Shown here one piece after another: positions 1-9,617 of a DNA stretch of 54,414 bases. The notes under the pieces were generated by a model. That model worked only from the letters and a program-made list of their open reading frames with translations. It was not told where the DNA came from and made no database searches. Where the stretch lies: contig AQRW01000183.1 in NCBI GenBank assembly GCA_000402295.1, positions 1 to 54,414 on the forward strand, given 5' to 3'. Both the position numbers and the translations under genes were made by a program. Numbering within the stretch: position 1 is the first letter of the stretch; each line of letters begins with the position of its first letter. This DNA comes from Candidatus Aerophobus profundus SCGC AAA252-L23. Lineage in GTDB: Bacteria; Aerophobota; Aerophobia; Aerophobales; Aerophobaceae.

Positions 1-374
1 GGCTCCTTTTGATCCCTTTCGGGGATTTACTGGCCCTGTCAGAACTCTAACAACTCTAAGTGATTTTTAGGTCTTCACGAAACTCTAAACCCGCATCAAT
101 AAACACTTTCAGGGGTTGCAGAAATCCAATTTTCTAAACTCTGGAAACCCTTGCTATATGCGGATTTGTAAGGTTGCTCTTTGAAAAATACTTCAAAAAA
201 AGCTCTTTTTGACCCCTGTTTTTGGGGCGTTTAGGAAGATTTTACTTTTGTGAATCCCTTTCATGAAAATTTCATTTTTGTCTGTCACAAGAGGAAAATA
301 GCTTCCTAAATCTCTTAATTTGGGTACTCTTCGGAAGGTATAATTTCATCGACCTTCACAAAAGGAGAGTACCC

Positions 375-1688
375 ATGAAACAGATCTCTTTATTTAAACC
401 GGAGGATTTACCTCCACGCATTCTTTATGAGAAGCTCTTTGAAAATCTACCGGCTCTAAGCCCAGATGAGAGGAGAATGGGAAGACCTCCTTTCTCCAGA
501 GATTTCCTGCTCAAGGCACTAATTTACAAGGCCTTGAGAAGAATTCACAGTTTAACTGACCTCATCTTTGAGTTCAAGAACAATCCCTCAACTCTGGCAG
601 TTTGCTCAGGAGATCTCTTGAGCAGAATCCCTTCGGTGGAGCGCATTTCCTCATTCTTAAGGGACACACCTAATCAAAGGTTGAGGAGGGTGCGAGATGC
701 TCTAGTAGATGCTCTTATTCGCCAAGGGGTAATAACTGCCAGAGAAGTTGCCTTAGATTCTTGTCCCATACCGGCTCATGTTAAAGAGAACAATCTTAAA
801 ATCTCAGTCAAAGACAGATTTGAGAAAAAGCACAGGCCTAAAGGAGATCCCGAGGCCACTCTTGGGATAATGCTTGATTATTCCAAGTCTTCCGGAAAGA
901 AAGTCCGCTATTTTTGGGGTTATCGCAATCACACTATAGTCTGCGCAGAAACAGAGCTTTCTCTTTGGGAGAGGACTTTACCTGCAAACAAAAGCGAGAT
1001 ACCTCAGGCCATTTCTATGCTCAAAGAGTTGATCGACAAACACCCTTCTCTGATAATACAAGCTGTATTGGGAGATACTATGTATGACACAGAAGACATT
1101 CTAAAGTTCATCATCAAAGACCTGAAAGCAAAAGCCGGTATTCCTCACAATCCACGAAGGGAAAAGAAAGAGGGATTCTACGTTCAAAAGAACAAAGTTT
1201 ATTGCCCGGCAGATATTGCTATGATGAGAAAAGGGAAAATGACCGTAAGGGGCATTACCTATCTTCAATACACTTGTCCCCTTCACTGGAGCAAGAGAAT
1301 ACGACAAAGATATCTTCTCTGTCCGGCAAATCATCCCAAGTTCTTCAAGCAAAAAGGCTGCAATTACTTAATTAGACTTACTCCCAGCATTAGAGAAGAA
1401 ATTGATTACGGGAGCAAAGAATTCAAATCCTTTCACAACAAGCGAACCTCCATAGAAAGATGCTTTTCTCGCTTGCTCAGTATCACCATGCAGAATCCTA
1501 CAACAGTTGGCTTGAATGCGACACGGAATCACTGCACCATAGCTCACATTACCTCTTCCCTGGTAGCCTTAACCGCCTGCCGAAGTGGACAAAGAGACAA
1601 AATCAGATTCATTAAGTCTTTTGTACCTGATTTCCTGGATGAGTTCCGAAAAGTCTCTTGCGAAGACCAAATCTGTGAAAATAATTGA
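375..1688 (+). mobile_element. DDE transposase gene of an IS5/IS1182-like insertion sequence (437 aa); IS termini not resolved
   Basis: Uninterrupted 437-aa ORF preceded by aaaGGAGagtaccc-ATG. N-terminal GRPPFSRDFLLKALIYKAL resembles the InsH/DUF772-type transposase N-domain. C-terminal NKRTSIERCFSRL resembles the Glu-containing DDE_Tnp_1 motif. Family call from motif memory only. Confidence 0.75.
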
Positions 1689-2032
1689 CACTGCCAAAAA
1701 GTGACTTTTGTGAAGCCCTATAAGTGATTTTGTCCAGTTTTAGGGGTTCACTCCAAGGTGTATGATTGCATCTGATAATCCAGCTGCTCGTATTGTGCAG
1801 AGAACTAAAAACACTCCAATTGTGTCTTGTCTGGGAATTTCTCTATCAAAAGTATCGAATCCTTGGTCTATGTATTGTTTGCCTTTTTGTATGAGGGTTA
1901 GGTATTTATTCATTTAATGTCTTTCAAGAGTGCCTTTGGGATAATTTCTACTTTTTTGGTGGTGCCTTCTGCGTTGTCACAGTTTAGGTCAACATAAATC
2001 TGTCGAGATTGAGTAAGGTGGACGTTGAATTC

Positions 2033-2671
2033 TTAGTTAATGTGAGTTTCCCAAATTTTTGGTAGAGATACAAAAGTTTCGAGAGGTGTAACTTCCGGAA
2101 GTTTTTTAGACGCTTCTTTGGTAATCTTTTTGAGAGTATTTACAGCATCGGTATATAGGTTTTCAAATACGGGATATCCCCTGGGATTTCTTTTCAGGTC
2201 TTGGAATACATACTCGGATTTATCTTTATCCAAGTTTAATTCCAATGTTCGTACAAAGTCACTGAAAATCTGATGAGACTCTGACGAAACTCTGATAAAC
2301 TCATCAGAAAGCCTTGCTGTATAATTGAGCTGAGAATGGTCGATTGTATCTTGAAAAAACTGGATCTCTCTGTTTAATTGTCCAATCCGTTTAAATTGGA
2401 AGTTAATAAACCCTGGAAGATGCTTATCGATGACCTCCTGACCAGGAAGTTTTTTTTCGATTAAGTCTCTTGCTTCCGCTATTATCTGCTGTAAGTTACC
2501 CGGGGAAGATGTATCTTCTATGCAAAGTGCAAAGTTATGGGCAATATCTTTTAGTTTCTCCCTGCAGATGATCCTTGCACGGGTTTTAGGAAATATATGG
2601 CCTAAAAATTTGTCTATGAGGGTACTTCCCAAAAACTGCAAGGCTATAATCAACCACATTTTACCATCCAA
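2033..2671 (-). CDS. hypothetical protein with N-terminal membrane anchor (212 aa)
   Basis: Long ORF with an N-terminal hydrophobic helix (MWLIIALQFLGSTLI). It lies 92 nt downstream of, and co-oriented with, the HEPN-motif gene. No catalytic motif recognised. Confidence 0.5.
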   Translation of the reverse strand: MDGKMWLIIALQFLGSTLIDKFLGHIFPKTRARIICREKLKDIAHNFALCIEDTSSPGNLQQIIAEARDLIEKKLPGQEVIDKHLPGFINFQFKRIGQLNREIQFFQDTIDHSQLNYTARLSDEFIRVSSESHQIFSDFVRTLELNLDKDKSEYVFQDLKRNPRGYPVFENLYTDAVNTLKKITKEASKKLPEVTPLETFVSLPKIWETHIN

Positions 2672-2763
2672 AATTCGTTGCGTCCTAGTGAGCTTTGTTT
2701 AGTTTAGAGAATGAACTGTAAGTTATTTTAGCAGGGAGAGGAAGGGTGTTAAAAAAGCTCGTG

Positions 2764-3648
2764 TTAGAAAGGGAAATTGCATTGTTTTTTGAGGCCGTGT
2801 TTTATCAGTTTTGAGAGTACGAATCGGGCCGCTGCGACCTGTCGCGTTGTTGCTTCATCTAGATAAGACCATTCGCTATGGAAGAGGCTGTTTCGGACTA
2901 CATAGATGCATAGAACCAAATACTTTAGGGCTTCCAAGTCAAACTCTGAGTTGCTAATCTTTTGCAGTAGTTTCAAAGAAAGGTTTATCGGTGGCTTCTT
3001 GAGGCGTTTAACCTTCAAATTAGCTTTAGCAAGGTGGTCTATTGCCTTGTATTCTGGGGACTCCCGTTTGCTCTGTTGGAAATCAGCAAAAAACTCACTT
3101 GGACAGGGATCTTTACAATACTCGTTGACCCACTGTTCAATTTTTCTTCGTTCGCCTTCGACTGGCATACGACCATAGAGAAAATTGAATGCTATCCAAT
3201 AAAAAATGAAGCGCTCATATAGATAATATGCGTCATTTGCTTTCTGGATCCATCGGCTGACAAAGTCAAAGATCTCTTTCTTAGAGGACATACTTTTCAC
3301 GTTTTTGTAGGCTTGTTCAATTTTAGCAAAATCCGTTTGTTTAAATGATATTGGATTTCTTATGCTAGGACCTGCGGCCTGTTCAACTATTTGTCCCGAG
3401 CTAGTAGTAATAGTTTCGAGTTCAGGAGATCCAGCTTCACAAAGTATGGAGAGAACAAGAGAGAAGGACTCAACTTCCTTTTGAGATTCAGAGTATGGAT
3501 CCTTCTTGGGAGTAAACTCGAATCGAAGATAAGTATCATTTGGATGCCCAGGCACCGGTTCCAGTATAAAATTACTGATACTCACAGGGGTATCGATTTT
3601 TACGTTCTGGAGCCGATAAGTTGCCTTTAAAGTGGCTGGCTCATTCAT
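2764..3648 (-). CDS. hypothetical protein with C-terminal HEPN-like domain (Rx4H motif)
   Basis: 294-aa ORF. VRNSLFH gives R-N-S-L-F-H, with codons CGA AAC AGC CTC TTC CAT read on the minus strand at 2878-2895. It is preceded by the helix YERFIFYWIAFNFLYG, a layout typical of Apea/Abi-type HEPN RNase domains. Confidence 0.6.
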   Translation of the reverse strand: MNEPATLKATYRLQNVKIDTPVSISNFILEPVPGHPNDTYLRFEFTPKKDPYSESQKEVESFSLVLSILCEAGSPELETITTSSGQIVEQAAGPSIRNPISFKQTDFAKIEQAYKNVKSMSSKKEIFDFVSRWIQKANDAYYLYERFIFYWIAFNFLYGRMPVEGERRKIEQWVNEYCKDPCPSEFFADFQQSKRESPEYKAIDHLAKANLKVKRLKKPPINLSLKLLQKISNSEFDLEALKYLVLCIYVVRNSLFHSEWSYLDEATTRQVAAARFVLSKLIKHGLKKQCNFPF

Positions 3649-3764
3649 TTTTTTCTGTTTTCCTGTGAGAAATGATTTTTGGAGCCCAGTGCTATCTTAG
3701 CAGAAAAGTGGAGGGTGTCAAAAAGGCTATGTGGTTTAGGTGAAGGTTGACTAAGAACTGACAT

Positions 3765-4250
3765 TTGTTAAGTTTAATGATGGGAGGAAAACCCAATACG
3801 TACCGCGATCTCTGGAGAAAAATTCATAAGTCTATATGCTCTATCGTTTACTACAATAGAGGTGAACGAATCAGTTCGGGTACCGGCTTTAAAGTGGGTA
3901 ATAAACTCATTACTAATAATCATGTAATTCAAGCTCCTGAGGCAACCGATGTCTTACTTCGCTTTGTCAATGAGGATGGATATACAGATTTTGCCTCTAA
4001 GAAAATGAGTTTAGTTGATTTTCGAGCTAGGCTTGTTGACGGTATGTCAGAAAATAGCTGGGATTATGCCATTTTGGATTTTAACATTCCGGAATTTGAT
4101 ACCATCCCCTCTCTTCATCTGAGCAGTCAAGATAAGTTTGCAATTGGACAATCAGTTGCTTTGTTCGGATTTCAGTTTGATCAGTCTAATCTTTCTATAC
4201 ATTCTGGAATCCTGTCCTCTCGTTTCGTAAAAGACTATAGCAGAGAGTAA
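3765..4250 (+). pseudogene. trypsin-like serine protease, C-terminally truncated fragment
   Basis: TTG-initiated 161-aa ORF. GTGFKVGNKLITNNHV (catalytic His context) and WDYAILD (Asp context) match trypsin-like peptidase domains. The frame stops before any GxSGxP serine motif, and no continuation is visible in the other frames. Confidence 0.45.
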
Positions 4251-4374
4251 GAGAAGATCAAGCAATTAAACTCAACCACATACTGGTGAGTTTAAAATAA
4301 CACATGAGGAGGTATCCAAACTTATTAACTGGTGGGTGGTTGGCTTATTTTTAACCTTTTCCAGGTCAAATTTA

Positions 4375-4698
4375 TTAGCTTGCTCTCCTTGCTAAAAAGG
4401 TAGAACTATCTCCATTATGAATTCTGATTTCACCCTCTGACAAGTTTGTCTCTTTTATTCTGACCCAACCACTGCCACAGACTGGATCACATTCATCATT
4501 GCCTTCCCAGGTAAATTCAAATCTTTTTTCACCAGCATAATTAACAACCTTCCCATCCATGTTGCCTGAAACTAAGCCAAATTGAAGATCTCCGTGATTA
4601 TCCGAACCTATTTTGATATAAGCCTGAACCTCCATATTAAAATAGTCCTCATCCCATATTTCCATTTCATAAATGTGCCAGGTTCCTATGAAATTCAT
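4375..4698 (-). CDS. hypothetical small protein (107 aa)
   Basis: Clean ORF with protein-like composition and no recognisable family. Confidence 0.45.
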   Translation of the reverse strand: MNFIGTWHIYEMEIWDEDYFNMEVQAYIKIGSDNHGDLQFGLVSGNMDGKVVNYAGEKRFEFTWEGNDECDPVCGSGWVRIKETNLSEGEIRIHNGDSSTFLARRAS

Positions 4699-4861
4699 AT
4701 CTTTGTCTTTGTTGCTTCTGAAGAAAAATTAAGCCAAATCTCAGCACTTGTCAATCTGTTGAGGTCTCTGGTGGGAAGATTTCTCTTTTGTCATGCCGCA
4801 CTTTTCGGGTAAGATAGGAACGAGGCCACATTAATTACTATTCCAAGCAGGAGGTAGCGCT

Positions 4862-5173
4862 ATGAGGCAAAGATTAGTGTACGTAGTAACTGGTGATGGG
4901 GAGGAAGCCGAAAGAATAGGGCTAAGGTTGGTTGAAGAAAAACTGGCAGCCGGTACAAATATATTTCCTATAACCTCGATTTACCGATGGAATGGCAAAG
5001 TCCAAAAAGACGAAGAAGTTGCCATGCTGATCAAGACGAAATCTCAATTAGTAGATGCCGTTATTGCCCGGGTCAAAGAATTGCACTCCTATGAAGTTCC
5101 CTGTATAGTGTCACTACCGATAGAGAAAGGGTATGCACAGTTCTTGAGGTGGATTGACCAGTCCACAACCTGA
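4862..5173 (+). CDS. cutA: divalent-cation tolerance protein CutA
   Basis: 103 aa. The pattern ...AAGTNIFPITSIYRWNGKVQKDEEVAMLIKT...LHSYEVPCIVSLPIE is the characteristic CutA1 pattern. GGAGG RBS upstream. Confidence 0.85.
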   Translation: MRQRLVYVVTGDGEEAERIGLRLVEEKLAAGTNIFPITSIYRWNGKVQKDEEVAMLIKTKSQLVDAVIARVKELHSYEVPCIVSLPIEKGYAQFLRWIDQSTT

Positions 5174-5286
5174 GAAAAGAGGGGGTGAAAAAGATGGCAG
5201 GTGCTACCGGATACAAGCATAAACTTCACAAAAAGTGAGTCTCCTATACAATTGAGTAATCTCAGATTTTGCTGGAGCACCAACCC

Positions 5287-6354
5287 ATGAGTAAGGGAGT
5301 GATCAAGTACAGCATCTTGATTCTTTGCCTTAGCCTTGTCATATGCCCGAGAGGCAATGTAGTCGCCACAGAACTCAGTGAGTTTGCTCACAAGATCGCC
5401 TTTCTTAGGCAGGGAGAAATCTGGATTTCGGATAAAGGCGGTCGGGGAATTAAGCAGATAACCAAGACCACGGGAAAAATCGAGGATTTCCTATTCTCCC
5501 CCACTCTAAAGTACCTTTGTTATTCTGAGATTATCAAATATGTTGATGAGCCGGGATGGTGGGAAGAAGGAGAGAAGATAGCTCAAAGAGCAGTATGCTC
5601 AATTGTAATTATGGAACTTAAAGGTCGGAAGGTATTGAAAGAAATAATGCCACCGGAGGGCAATTGGATATATCCTGCCAAATGGTCAGCTGAAGACAAA
5701 CTACTATTCTATGGGGCTTCCGGTTTTGATGTATGGGGCTTTTTTGAATACGATGCGCAAGAAGGAATTGAGGGAGAAATAGACTACCGGGAAGGAAGCA
5801 TCTTGCTCAATGCTGACTTTCACAAAGATGGGTTGCTTATGGCCTATGTGGATTACTCAGGGGTTGGAGAGGAATTCAAGGAAGATCTTCACTTAGTTGA
5901 CCTAAGGTCGAATGATGACAGAATTCTCCTATCCAAGAGAAGCATATTGGAGCCTAGAATATCTTCTGATACCAGAAATGTTGCCTTTGTGGAGGTAGAG
6001 TATGTGGAGAAACAGGGCTTTGATAACCTATGGATCTACCGGATCAAAGATGGTTCTTTGACGAAACTGTATCGAGGACCGGCCAAGGCAAAGACTGGAG
6101 GGGTAAGTCAACTTTCGTGGTCTCCTGATGATCGGCATATTGGGATGTTTTTTTCACCCAAGGCGCTAATATTAGAAATTCAAGATCCAAGCAATATTCA
6201 TGGAGTTCGGGGAATAGATTTTGGCTGGATTGAGAATAGGAAGATAATCTTTGGGCAGGGAAACAACATATATCTGTACAACTTAGATACCGGAAAGAGG
6301 GAACTGTTCTTTGAAGATGCTTCAAAGCCTGTATTCTTGTGGCAGAAGAACTAG
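5287..6354 (+). CDS. secreted PD40/TolB-like beta-propeller repeat protein
   Basis: ATG at 5287 follows GGAG. N-terminal signal-like segment (YSILILCLSLVI). LSWSPDDRHIG matches the W-SPDG PD40 repeat signature. The track ORF starts earlier, at TTG 5269. Confidence 0.6.
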   Translation: MSKGVIKYSILILCLSLVICPRGNVVATELSEFAHKIAFLRQGEIWISDKGGRGIKQITKTTGKIEDFLFSPTLKYLCYSEIIKYVDEPGWWEEGEKIAQRAVCSIVIMELKGRKVLKEIMPPEGNWIYPAKWSAEDKLLFYGASGFDVWGFFEYDAQEGIEGEIDYREGSILLNADFHKDGLLMAYVDYSGVGEEFKEDLHLVDLRSNDDRILLSKRSILEPRISSDTRNVAFVEVEYVEKQGFDNLWIYRIKDGSLTKLYRGPAKAKTGGVSQLSWSPDDRHIGMFFSPKALILEIQDPSNIHGVRGIDFGWIENRKIIFGQGNNIYLYNLDTGKRELFFEDASKPVFLWQKN

Positions 6355-6367
6355 GAGGTAAGCTCTT

Positions 6368-6595
6368 ATGGGAAAACCTGTGCCCCCAGTTATCGCAGCC
6401 GTATTCCTCACCGTAGCTTTGTTTGCAGCGGCTATCCCGACATACGGAAAGACCAGCGTGTTGGACAACCTCATCGAGAGAGCAGACGTTATCGCGGTGG
6501 TGGAAGTTATCTCGACAGATTATACTGCAACGGCTGCAGATGGTCCGATGTATGCCGAAGCAAAGATTCTCAAGGTCATAAAGGGAAATATATAA
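6368..6595 (+). CDS. hypothetical small secreted protein (75 aa)
   Basis: GGAGG RBS 8 nt upstream and a signal-peptide-like N-terminus (VIAAVFLTVALFAAAIP). No family recognised. Confidence 0.35.
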   Translation: MGKPVPPVIAAVFLTVALFAAAIPTYGKTSVLDNLIERADVIAVVEVISTDYTATAADGPMYAEAKILKVIKGNI

Positions 6596-6624
6596 GGATT
6601 CCCTGTTATAATGCCCTGCATAAA

Positions 6625-7008
6625 ATGGGTGTCAAACCAGGAGAAAAGATTGTTCTTGTCAATCCCGGTGAAATAATGAAGACAATGAAAGGCATTCCGG
6701 AGGGAAAACTGATCACTATTGTTGAGATTTGCAGGCGGATTGCCAGAAAACACAAGGTGAAAGGTTGCTGCACTCTGACCACTGGAATCTTTATTATGAC
6801 CATTGCCAATGCAGTTGAGGAAGTAACAAAGAAAGGTAAGGATTTGAGCATTCCCTATTGGCGAACTTTGAAATCGGAGGGCTTTTTGAATGAAAAATAT
6901 CCTAGTGGGGTAGCAGCGCATAAAGAATTACTGCAAAAAGAACGTTTTCGAGTTACCGCAAAAGGCAAAAGATGCTTTGTAGAGAATCATCAAGACTACA
7001 TTAACTGA
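6625..7008 (+). CDS. MGMT-family DNA-binding protein (alkyltransferase-like; active-site Cys absent)
   Basis: 127 aa with an MGMT/Ogt C-domain-like fold signature (..TIVEICRRIA...IPYWRTL..G.L). The canonical PCHR is replaced by PYWR, as in non-catalytic ATL-type proteins. Confidence 0.55.
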   Translation: MGVKPGEKIVLVNPGEIMKTMKGIPEGKLITIVEICRRIARKHKVKGCCTLTTGIFIMTIANAVEEVTKKGKDLSIPYWRTLKSEGFLNEKYPSGVAAHKELLQKERFRVTAKGKRCFVENHQDYIN

Positions 7009-7024
7009 TAAGGGGTGAAAAACA

Positions 7025-7222
7025 ATGAGGAAAGAGAATCTCAAGCATGATATGCGTTCTGGCGGTCCAGCCGGTGCCGTGTACGGATTGGGTGTTGTTG
7101 GTGCAGCAGTATACTACATATCTCATGCTACAGGTTTTTGGATGGGAGTTCTGGGCTTTTTAAAAGCGATTGTCTGGCCAGCTTTTCTTGTTCACGGATT
7201 GCTGAAATTTCTGGGAATGTGA
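7025..7222 (+). CDS. small two-helix membrane protein (65 aa)
   Basis: Short ORF with two hydrophobic segments (GAVYGLGVVGAAVYYI; VWPAFLVHGLLKFL). Confidence 0.4.
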   Translation: MRKENLKHDMRSGGPAGAVYGLGVVGAAVYYISHATGFWMGVLGFLKAIVWPAFLVHGLLKFLGM

Positions 7223-7333
7223 GCTTAATGATGAAACGGACAAGGGCTGGGGTTTGGCTAGAAAAAAGATGAAGAGGGAGCAAAGCAACAGATCTGTCCC
7301 GGAAAAACTCATCAAAGGAGATGACTAATATCA

Positions 7334-7786
7334 ATGGAAAAAGCATGGTATCTTCGGCTTTTATTTGTGCATCTGCTGAGTTTCGTTGTCAGCTGGATTC
7401 TCTATGGAGCCCTCAGAGCTAACAGGATGGGTGCTCCCACGGGTAGAGGATGGACGCTCGTTTTTTGGATAGGCTTCATCGCAGGCTGGGTACTGATGTG
7501 GTTTGTTCCCTTCAAGATCAATGTGGCTTTAAGGATATGCAATCCATGCCGGCGGGTGGACAAACCTAGTCAAATCTCCCAAAGAGAGTGGTTTAGAGGC
7601 CGATGGTTGGCAGATCAACACAGAATCTGTAATTTCATCAGCAAAGGAAGTCTGAGAAACTCCTTTCTCCTCTCAGTGGTCCAGGGGGGTAGCTCATCAA
7701 CTCAGAATGTTCCAATGCGGTTCCTGGCAAGATTCTTGAGAAGAGGAGAATGGTTTGGAAGCGAGATTGAGCAGAATTCCATCTGA
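7334..7786 (+). pseudogene. truncated paralog of the ICMT-like membrane methyltransferase encoded at 35728-36237
   Basis: Residues HLLSFVVSWILYGALRANRMGAPTGRGWTLVFWIGFIAGWVLMWFVPFKIN align with MHILSFAISWLLSGAIRAERMGPPTGRYWVIGFLAGFAVGWVLMWFVPFSIN. After about nt 7510 the frame becomes Arg-rich and non-protein-like. Confidence 0.45.
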
Positions 7787-8206
7787 GAGATAGCTAAAAG
7801 TAGACAAACGAAGGTCAAATCCTCCCAAGCGGCTCTAGGAGCTCAAAGCCACATGTCATATTGCGAGCCCAACATAAGCATGATTGGTAGACATGCAGCC
7901 GCGTACCACCACGTCGTGAATGCCGTGTGTGAAAGAGTTTTCTTGTTGTCCGTTGATTTCGGACTCCCCGAGAACATGAAGAGCATGTCACAAGGATGTA
8001 AGTCCCTGAAAAACCGTCTATCCCACAACTGGCTTGATAAAAATCTCTTGACAGAGAGAATTCAGTTTTATCGAGATCTTCGAGGTCATCCCGAAGTGCG
8101 TCTCTGGGGTTTTTCCTACCGATCAGGATAAGACCTTAACCAACAGTCCTTGTGGAATGAAATCAAATCTTCTGTCTGCCGCCGCCTCCTTTAAGCCTGC
8201 ACGGTC

Positions 8207-8839
8207 CTATTTCTCTATGGCAAGGATCTCAACCGCCACCGACGCTTTCTCCTTGAAGTACTCGGCATCGGACAGGGAGCCAACACCTCTGCCTATGTGC
8301 ATGGGAATGGCTACTTGAGGCTTGATGGCTGCGACTGCTTCTGCCGCCTTGTCGGCGGTCATCACGTAGGTGCCGCTCACTGGTAGGAGCGCAATATCAA
8401 CATCCAGGGTGCCCATCTCCGGAATAAAGTCCGTATCACCGGCATGATAGATACGGTGCCCTTCGACAGTAAGAATGAATCCCACATAACCGGACTCCTT
8501 AGGATGGAAGGGTACTCCGGGGCTGCGAAATTTGTTGATGTTATAAGCTGGCACCACGCTGATGGGTACACCTCTTACGGTAAGTTCATCGCCGGGCTTC
8601 ACGACTTCTATTTGGCCAGAAAGATTGGCCGCTGCAGCCGTCACCGTCACGATCACTGAATCTTCCTTCTGAACCTGGGCCACATCCACCGGGGAGCAGT
8701 GATCACGATGGTCGTGGGTAATTAAAATCAGATCAGCCTTGGCACCATCTTCTATCTTCCAGGGGTCAATGTAGATCACCAGTCCATTGCCTTCGATGCG
8801 GAAACTGGAATGACCCAACCAGTGAATGTTCGATACCAT
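8207..8839 (-). CDS. MBL-fold metal-dependent hydrolase (UPF0173-like)
   Basis: The start is placed at ATG 8839, behind GGAGGTGAATCAA; the track ORF begins at 8926. HWLGHSSFRIEG...ADLILITHDHRDHC is the beta-lactamase-fold HxHxDH motif. Confidence 0.85.
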   Translation of the reverse strand: MVSNIHWLGHSSFRIEGNGLVIYIDPWKIEDGAKADLILITHDHRDHCSPVDVAQVQKEDSVIVTVTAAAANLSGQIEVVKPGDELTVRGVPISVVPAYNINKFRSPGVPFHPKESGYVGFILTVEGHRIYHAGDTDFIPEMGTLDVDIALLPVSGTYVMTADKAAEAVAAIKPQVAIPMHIGRGVGSLSDAEYFKEKASVAVEILAIEK

Positions 8840-8932
8840 TTGATTCACCTCCATTTGTCCCGTCACCTCTGGCGGAGAGAGTGACTCTCCCCAGAACCTG
8901 TTATCCTCCCGACCCCATCTACTCATCGGTCT

Positions 8933-9205
8933 TTACTGAACTTTCCCCCTTAGGTTCTTCCCGGGTTTAAAACTGGGTACTTTCTTGGCCGGAATACTTA
9001 ATGCTTCTCCTGTCTGGGGATTCCTCCCATTTCTTTCTTTTCTCTCCATCACCTGAAAAGTGCCAAAGTCTACTAAGGTGAGTTTTTCTCCTCTGGCCAG
9101 GCAGTCAGCTATTGCCAAAATGACAGCATCAATTGCTTTCCTGGATGCCTTCTTTTCTAGTCCTGTCTGGCCAGCTACTTCTGCTACTAATTCTTGCTTG
9201 TTCAC
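8933..9205 (-). CDS. hup: HU-family DNA-binding protein
   Basis: 90 aa. MNKQELV...FGTFQV.ERKERNGRNPQTGE...IPAKKVPSFKPGK is the canonical HU/IHF sequence pattern. Confidence 0.9.
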   Translation of the reverse strand: MNKQELVAEVAGQTGLEKKASRKAIDAVILAIADCLARGEKLTLVDFGTFQVMERKERNGRNPQTGEALSIPAKKVPSFKPGKNLRGKVQ

Positions 9206-9617
9206 TTTCTCCTCCTCTTTAGGTAGTCTGTTTCCCGAATAACCCTAGCCTAACGGAAGACGAGCGGGTGCCAAGAACGGTCTCATAAGAAGAGGTAAAC
9301 TCTCTCACACAGTTAATAGGACAATTTCTGCAACCGCACATTCGGCCGAAAAGTCCCATAAGGAAACGGGAAGATCACGTCTCTTTACAGGATGGAATGC
9401 TGATAAAATGCGGATTTTCACTCGGAGGTTTTTGATAAATGACGTCTTTTTGTGTAGTAACAAGAAGGTGACAATGTACAGAAAAAAAAGGACTTGACTC
9501 CGCTTTCCTAGAGGGTCTAACCTTTTCTCTGAAACAGATTTAAGTTGAGCTTCCATTATTTTGGTTGCAATTAGGAATCCGGATTCCTTCTCATGATAAC
9601 CCTTTTCATTTTAGAAA

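Noticed and set aside
1-375. Possible CRISPR-like array from the repeated GCTCyTTTTGAyCCCT and AACTCTAA units
   Set aside because: The repeats are short, imperfect, irregularly spaced and of two different kinds. There are no cas genes. They are more consistent with IS subterminal or leader sequence.
7853-8131. 92-aa plus-strand and 61-aa minus-strand ORFs in the scar region
   Set aside because: They overlap each other and have no RBS and no recognisable motif. The composition is atypical, so the region is treated as non-coding.
9305-9556. 83-aa minus-strand ORF between hup and pgi
   Set aside because: No RBS, low-complexity sequence and no homology signal recognisable. It is probably an intergenic leader or promoter region for hup.
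9573-9588. 16-nt perfect palindrome AGGAATCCGGATTCCT as the pgi terminator
   Set aside because: It is not followed by a U-run on the minus strand, and the effective stem is only about 6 bp. It could be a protein-binding site, but I cannot support either call.
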